This document shows positions 8,151 through 11,904 of a stretch of DNA of 11,904 bases, one piece after another. The translations under genes were made by a program, and so were the position numbers. The notes under the pieces are model-generated. The model did not search any database. It saw only the letters and a program-made list of their open reading frames with translations, and was not told the DNA's origin. Position 1 is the stretch's first letter, and the number at the start of each line of letters is the position of its first letter. Origin of the DNA: an uncultured archaeon (GTDB lineage: Archaea > Asgardarchaeota > Thorarchaeia > Thorarchaeales > Thorarchaeaceae); contig CAZSWP010000069.1 of assembly GCA_964610875.1 (NCBI GenBank), forward strand, positions 1 through 11,904, read 5' to 3'.

Positions 8151-8807
8151 TTAGTATTCATATGCGTATATGAATGGCATTGAAAGACAAATTGGATCTA
8201 TTGCAAAGTCAATGGTAGAGTAATATGATGTGTAATCTTGGTAAATCACATCGCCACCAGATACATAATCAATTTCATGATGTGTGGATGGTTCTCTTTT
8301 TGTGCAATACCATGAGCTATCTATTATTTCTGCATCATCACCATCTGGATCCCATTTGACAACACAATACTCGTAAACACTCTTATCGATGTAGCCTAGT
8401 ACTATCGTGTACCAAATATAACCACTTGGAATATCTGAAAACGTGTATCGTACTTTCATCCTCTGCAAGAATACTCCATAATTCTCTTCATAGTAAATTT
8501 CATAGTCATATATACCATCCGAGCCGCTTTCATAGAACGAACCGTATTTAACTGTTGTATCAGTCGGATCATTCCAATCATCATATATCTATCCTGAGAG
8601 CTCAAATTTTTGAGTATCAAATGTTTTACTTAGAACTACTATCTCTTCGCCATATTCATCGGTATAGAATAATTCCATACTTGTTGGAAGAATGAATATT
8701 GGATTACTCACTATTGTAGAGAACAATTCGCCTAGTGGAGCAATCGATGGAGTCATTACAATAGACAACAAGATAATTGACAATACTACGGTGTTTTTCT
8801 TTTGCAT
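8151..8807 (-). pseudogene. Secreted acidic, Tyr-rich protein interrupted by a single in-frame TAG
   Basis: ORFs 8589..8807 and 8151..8468 share a frame (offset 339 nt). The 40 codons between them are open (FELSG*IYDDWNDPTDTTVKYGSFYESGSDGIYDYEIYYEENYGVFLQRMK). The N-terminus is a signal peptide, MQKKNTVVLSIILLSIV. Confidence 0.7.
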
Positions 8808-8960
8808 TTATATCCCTCAATATAGGTATTGATGGTTTCTGATAACCTAATTTTCACTTCTTTCAAGTAATTCTAGATTACCAATCTCCCATCAATGTAC
8901 CACATCAGTAGAGAATACCTCTACCATTATACTATCGAATGTTATTTTATAAAAATGCTT

Positions 8961-9434
8961 TCATGAGTAAATTTCTTCAAGAGTTTGTTCATAATTATTC
9001 CATGGAGTTTGAGGACTACAAGGCTGTTTAATAAGGAGAAAAATAGCTGCGGCAAATATATAGAGAGGCATAGGCCCAACATATGCATGAAAATGTAGTG
9101 GAACAGTAAATATAAACAGAATGGGAAGAATTTCTCCTATAAATGAACTAACAATAACCATACGAAAAGAAGTTTTGTTTCTATAAAATCTCAGTAGCTG
9201 AATGGGAAGAATAAATCTTGGTCCACAAAAAAGAAAGTATCCGAATGCAACTAATGGTTCATTGATGAAATAGCTGAACCCTGATGAATCAAACATAGCA
9301 CTCCAGAAAAGAAAGATTGAATAAATATCAATCTCGCCATCAGCAGTGATATATAGTGTTAACCGAAGTGGAGAGAAGATAACTAAGATGCCAACGACTA
9401 ATGGTGCAATAATTCCTATGACTCTAGTGTCCAT
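8961..9434 (-). CDS. Integral membrane protein (about 4-5 TM)
   Basis: Hydrophobic throughout. The pattern RFILPIQLLRFYRNKTSFRMVIVSSFIGEILP...P.TPW resembles, from memory, a Thorarchaeia-expanded membrane family (not verified). Confidence 0.8.
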   Translation of the reverse strand: MDTRVIGIIAPLVVGILVIFSPLRLTLYITADGEIDIYSIFLFWSAMFDSSGFSYFINEPLVAFGYFLFCGPRFILPIQLLRFYRNKTSFRMVIVSSFIGEILPILFIFTVPLHFHAYVGPMPLYIFAAAIFLLIKQPCSPQTPWNNYEQTLEEIYS

Positions 9435-9727
9435 CGAAATACCTTCAAATTTTTACTTGTGCTTCAAGATATAATCATTCCTACTATTATTTGGAAGAAA
9501 AACACTACCAATTACTCGCCAAAACACATAGTCATATCTAGATGGTAATCCACTAGTCGGGTAAAGACTCAATAGATGGTTTCCTAAGCTTTGTTTATTG
9601 ATTCTATTTTTCTTGTCCCTGATGGAAGCAACTCTTAAAATCTGTTATGTATTATTCAAATATCATTTCAGATTTTTCCAATCCTTCAATAATCACTCAA
9701 TATATCTTTGCAAATAATGATTAAGGA

Positions 9728-9904
9728 TTAAATCAGAAGCAGTGGCAACTCTACGAGATTTCTTATTTCAACAATTCCACTCAAGTACACTGACAATTTA
9801 GACACTTCCTTCCTCAGGAGTATAGCAAGAACATCAACATCTAACACTAGCAGACGGTAACCATTCACGATATAATACTCCACTATTCTAATGGCAGAAT
9901 CCAT
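9728..9904 (-). CDS. Possible small ORF (58 aa), divergent from the paralogue operon
   Basis: MDSAIRIVEYYIVNGYRLLVLDVDVLAILLRKEVSKLSVYLSGIVEIRNLVELPLLLI*. Absent from the ORF track (apparently under its size cut-off); starts directly beside the 9907-9942 palindrome. Confidence 0.25.
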   Translation of the reverse strand: MDSAIRIVEYYIVNGYRLLVLDVDVLAILLRKEVSKLSVYLSGIVEIRNLVELPLLLI

Positions 9905-9906
9905 AT

Positions 9907-9942
9907 CTACAGTATTTTGTATAATAATACAGAATACTGTAG
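9907..9942. promoter_or_regulatory. 36-bp near-perfect inverted repeat upstream of a TATA-like TTAAATAA (9947-9954)
   Basis: CTACAGTATTTTGTAT-AATA-ATACAGAATACTGTAG, with 15/16 arm complementarity. Confidence 0.7.
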
Positions 9943-9975
9943 GACATTAAATAATAAACCAAGACATATAGAGAT

Positions 9976-10413
9976 ATGACAGGCCACAGACAACCAAACG
10001 GGAACGCTTCTTCTATACTTGCATCGCTTTTTTCAGAGCATCCAGAGAAGCTACGGGAGTATAATCGGATACTCGGCGAGATAGCCGATATCATGTTCAA
10101 TACCGAGGGTATAACATACGTCATGAGGGGAGGAGTGAAGAGAGTCAGACTTCCAGACCTCGTGACCTTTCAGATGGTCTTTGCCTCAGGCAGAGCAGGT
10201 TTCAACGAGGACTCCCTCTTGGTAAGGTGTAAAGCGGCTCTTGCTAGGCTTGAATCTGTAGAAGAATCCGTACTAAAGAAGGATGTTAACCCTGATAGTG
10301 TTGGGCTCACAGGACTGAGCTTAGACGGGTTAGAGTTTCATGTACTACAGGTCACCTATGTCCCTTTCAGACAGACAAAAGAGGCAGAATCAAGGCGCGT
10401 GACTGTTGAATGA
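9976..10413 (+). CDS. Hypothetical protein, paralogue A of a tandem pair
   Basis: 145 aa. A TATA-like box about 22-29 nt upstream suggests a leaderless transcript. Shares S..P....E..RIL..........TEGI.Y with the next gene. Confidence 0.8.
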   Translation: MTGHRQPNGNASSILASLFSEHPEKLREYNRILGEIADIMFNTEGITYVMRGGVKRVRLPDLVTFQMVFASGRAGFNEDSLLVRCKAALARLESVEESVLKKDVNPDSVGLTGLSLDGLEFHVLQVTYVPFRQTKEAESRRVTVE

Positions 10414-10901
10414 ACTGCATGAGAATAGAGGGGCGAGAGGCAGAGGAACTCTACCTCTCTTCTACTCCGCACATCTACAAAGAGCACCTGCGGATACTCA
10501 GCGACATGTGTAAGTTGATCTCAGAAACCGAGGGAATCTACTACACCGCAGCTCTCAGAAGCGAGGATGCTCATTTGTACAGTACGGGACGTGTTTCCTT
10601 CAACTACCGTGTATACTGGACACATCAAGAAGGGGGTTACTCTTGTGCACATGAGATAGGCATACGGTTACGCGAGTTCTTCATTGAAAATGATGTGAAC
10701 TACATAACCACTGGCGGAAGATATCCCGACTCATGGACAAACGCCCGTCTTGAGGAAGCAGAGGGAGTGAGTATAAGCAGTGTGGGAATAGGCATCAGTT
10801 ATTGTAGTTTCCATGAGTCTGATGAACACGCACAGCTGTCCTTTAGTAGACTGTGGGAACGGGTTAACAAGACCAAGTACCCAGTTATGGGGGTTAGATA
10901 G
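10410..10901 (+). CDS. Hypothetical protein, paralogue B of a tandem pair
   Basis: 163 aa; ATGA overlap with the upstream gene (10410-10413); homologous N-terminal block. Confidence 0.8.
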   Translation: MNCMRIEGREAEELYLSSTPHIYKEHLRILSDMCKLISETEGIYYTAALRSEDAHLYSTGRVSFNYRVYWTHQEGGYSCAHEIGIRLREFFIENDVNYITTGGRYPDSWTNARLEEAEGVSISSVGIGISYCSFHESDEHAQLSFSRLWERVNKTKYPVMGVR

Positions 10902-10939
10902 ATATACCTCACATAAGAGTTAATAGAATTTGAGAAGAA

Positions 10940-11425
10940 GTGAGTCATATGAGGGAACTGCCACTTATCGTATGGGGTTTCCAAAATCATTTTGGGTTTT
11001 GGATATTTAGGACAAATAAGGACGATATTGACCTAATGGCACCATTTCTCTCTAGAAACAAATCCTATAGAGAATATGACATCTTTGAAGCATTCTCTAT
11101 TCGCAATCAACATCGAGAAGAGAGAAACGACTCTCCCATGACATTTGAAGAATTCTTAGAAGAAGTCGAAAAAGAGGAGTCACATGAGGAAAGACTCCGT
11201 ATGATTGAATCTGAAAGAAAGGGTAAGGAAGAGAGAAGAAAGAAATGGGAAGAGTGGAAACAGGCTAGAGAGAAAATAGCAGAAGCACGAGCAAAGCAGG
11301 ATGAGATTACAAAGAGGAAATGGGAAGAGTGGCAAAAAAGGCGAGAAAGAGACATGCAAAAACTAGAAGAAGTATATGAAAAGAGCAGACAAGAGCTTTC
11401 AGAAAAATCGAGTAAAGTGAAATAA
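10940..11425 (+). CDS. Hypothetical protein with an ER/K-rich single-alpha-helix or coiled-coil tail
   Basis: GTG 10940 or ATG 10949. The C-terminal half is E/K/R-rich with duplicated KWEEW; GAAATGGGAAGAGTGG occurs at 11242-11257 and 11317-11332. Confidence 0.75.
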   Translation: MSHMRELPLIVWGFQNHFGFWIFRTNKDDIDLMAPFLSRNKSYREYDIFEAFSIRNQHREERNDSPMTFEEFLEEVEKEESHEERLRMIESERKGKEERRKKWEEWKQAREKIAEARAKQDEITKRKWEEWQKRRERDMQKLEEVYEKSRQELSEKSSKVK

Positions 11426-11465
11426 GAAACAACAGACATCGAACAAAGCGACTAAGCGTATCCTC

Positions 11466-11800
11466 CTCTACCTACATAGTTATTGTTTGAAGTCTGAGAG
11501 CAAGATGTTACCGGTACGAGAGGAACGTAATGTCGCGGCCTATGGTGTACCGATTGTCCGAGAGGGCAATGTCGGGTAGCTAAGCCGTAAGGGATAAGCG
11601 CTGAATGCATCTAAGCGTGAAGCCTGACTTGAAAATAGACTTCAATTTTACCAGACGTCGCTTTCGATAGCAATATGGGACTGGCGACAGTAACGTATAG
11701 TCTGGAAACGAGGACTCTGCTAGAAGAGCAGGTAAATAGGGCAGGGGTGTAAGCACCAAGCTTCGGCGAGGTGTTCAGCTCACTGCTACTAATGTCCGAG
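11466..11800 (+). rRNA. rrl: Archaeal 23S rRNA, 3' fragment only (from about E. coli position 2611: H73 3' strand plus domain VI)
   Basis: Sarcin-ricin loop GTACGAGAGGAAC at 11514-11526 on stem GATGTTAC/GTAATGTC; conserved GGGATAAGCGCTGAATGCATCTAAGCGTGAAGCC; H94 TTGAAGTCT (11487-11495)/AGACTTCAA (11637-11645); archaeal 3' end GGGGTGTAAGCACC...GGTGTTCAGC...GTCCGAG. The upstream domain V motif GTGAGACAGGTCGG is absent. Confidence 0.93.
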
Positions 11801-11826
11801 GCGAGCAAGTCGAAAGTGTAGCTCGC
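11801..11826 (+). other. Hairpin directly after the 23S 3' end
   Basis: GCGAGC-N14-GCTCGC, 6-bp GC-rich stem. Confidence 0.4.
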
Positions 11827-11904
11827 ACAGTACCTAGAGTTGCGTACAGCGAAGGGTTATGGAATGGAACGTATGTGAAACGAGATCTGCATCTTCATCC
11901 TCTG

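Noticed and set aside
2053-10901. Genome-wide TAG reassignment
   Set aside because: TAG ends 5454..5696 exactly after the zinc ribbon, and readthrough at 7613 and 10901 meets another stop within a few codons.
197-11439. Shadow ORFs (197..469, 497..835, 543..785, 1233..1496, 2036..2362, 2429..2614, 3671..3910, 3775..4050, 5065..5274, 6088..6375, 6183..6431, 6683..7099, 6768..6986, 6990..7283, 7234..7428, 7250..7720, 7381..7581, 9888..10124, 10799..10990, 11107..11439)
   Set aside because: They overlap better-supported genes, nearly all antisense, and many have Ser/Phe-rich antisense composition.
11611-11808. 65-aa minus-strand ORF
   Set aside because: Antisense to rRNA sequence.
11827-11904. 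5S rRNA, or the 23S 5' end (circularly permuted gene), after the fragment
   Set aside because: No CCCATCCCGAAC-like 5S motif and no GGTGGATGGCTCGG 23S start in the remaining bases; cannot be excluded beyond the window.
1-11904. CRISPR array, integrase, transposase, tRNA, or an att repeat matching the rRNA junction
   Set aside because: No regularly spaced repeats and no recognisable recombinase motifs; only chance-level 8-mer matches to the junction (near 8918 and 10449).

Overview
Archaeal accessory region, probably from an Asgard archaeon (Thorarchaeia-like). The taxon is inferred from an expanded H98/ES39 in the rRNA, repeated C-terminal CPxCG..CxxC zinc-ribbon tails and a typical multi-TM protein. 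About 11.4 kb is a mosaic of AT-rich and GC-rich modules. It holds two winged-HTH regulators, each divergent from a GC-rich gene; two HEPN-like proteins flanking a membrane protein with a PycTM-like C-terminal module; zinc-ribbon membrane proteins; a translationally coupled paralogue pair; and several decayed genes. The island ends abruptly against a lone 3' piece of 23S rRNA (about 11466-11800). That piece starts at the domain V/VI boundary, keeps its domain VI helices and has an unusual A-to-G change in the sarcin-ricin loop. Non-coding signals are a 34-bp motif YACAGTA-N20-TACTGTR at two promoters and a strand-biased structured RNA candidate at 3399-3489. No integrase, transposase, CRISPR array or tRNA is visible. 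All protein assignments are by eye, with no database search.
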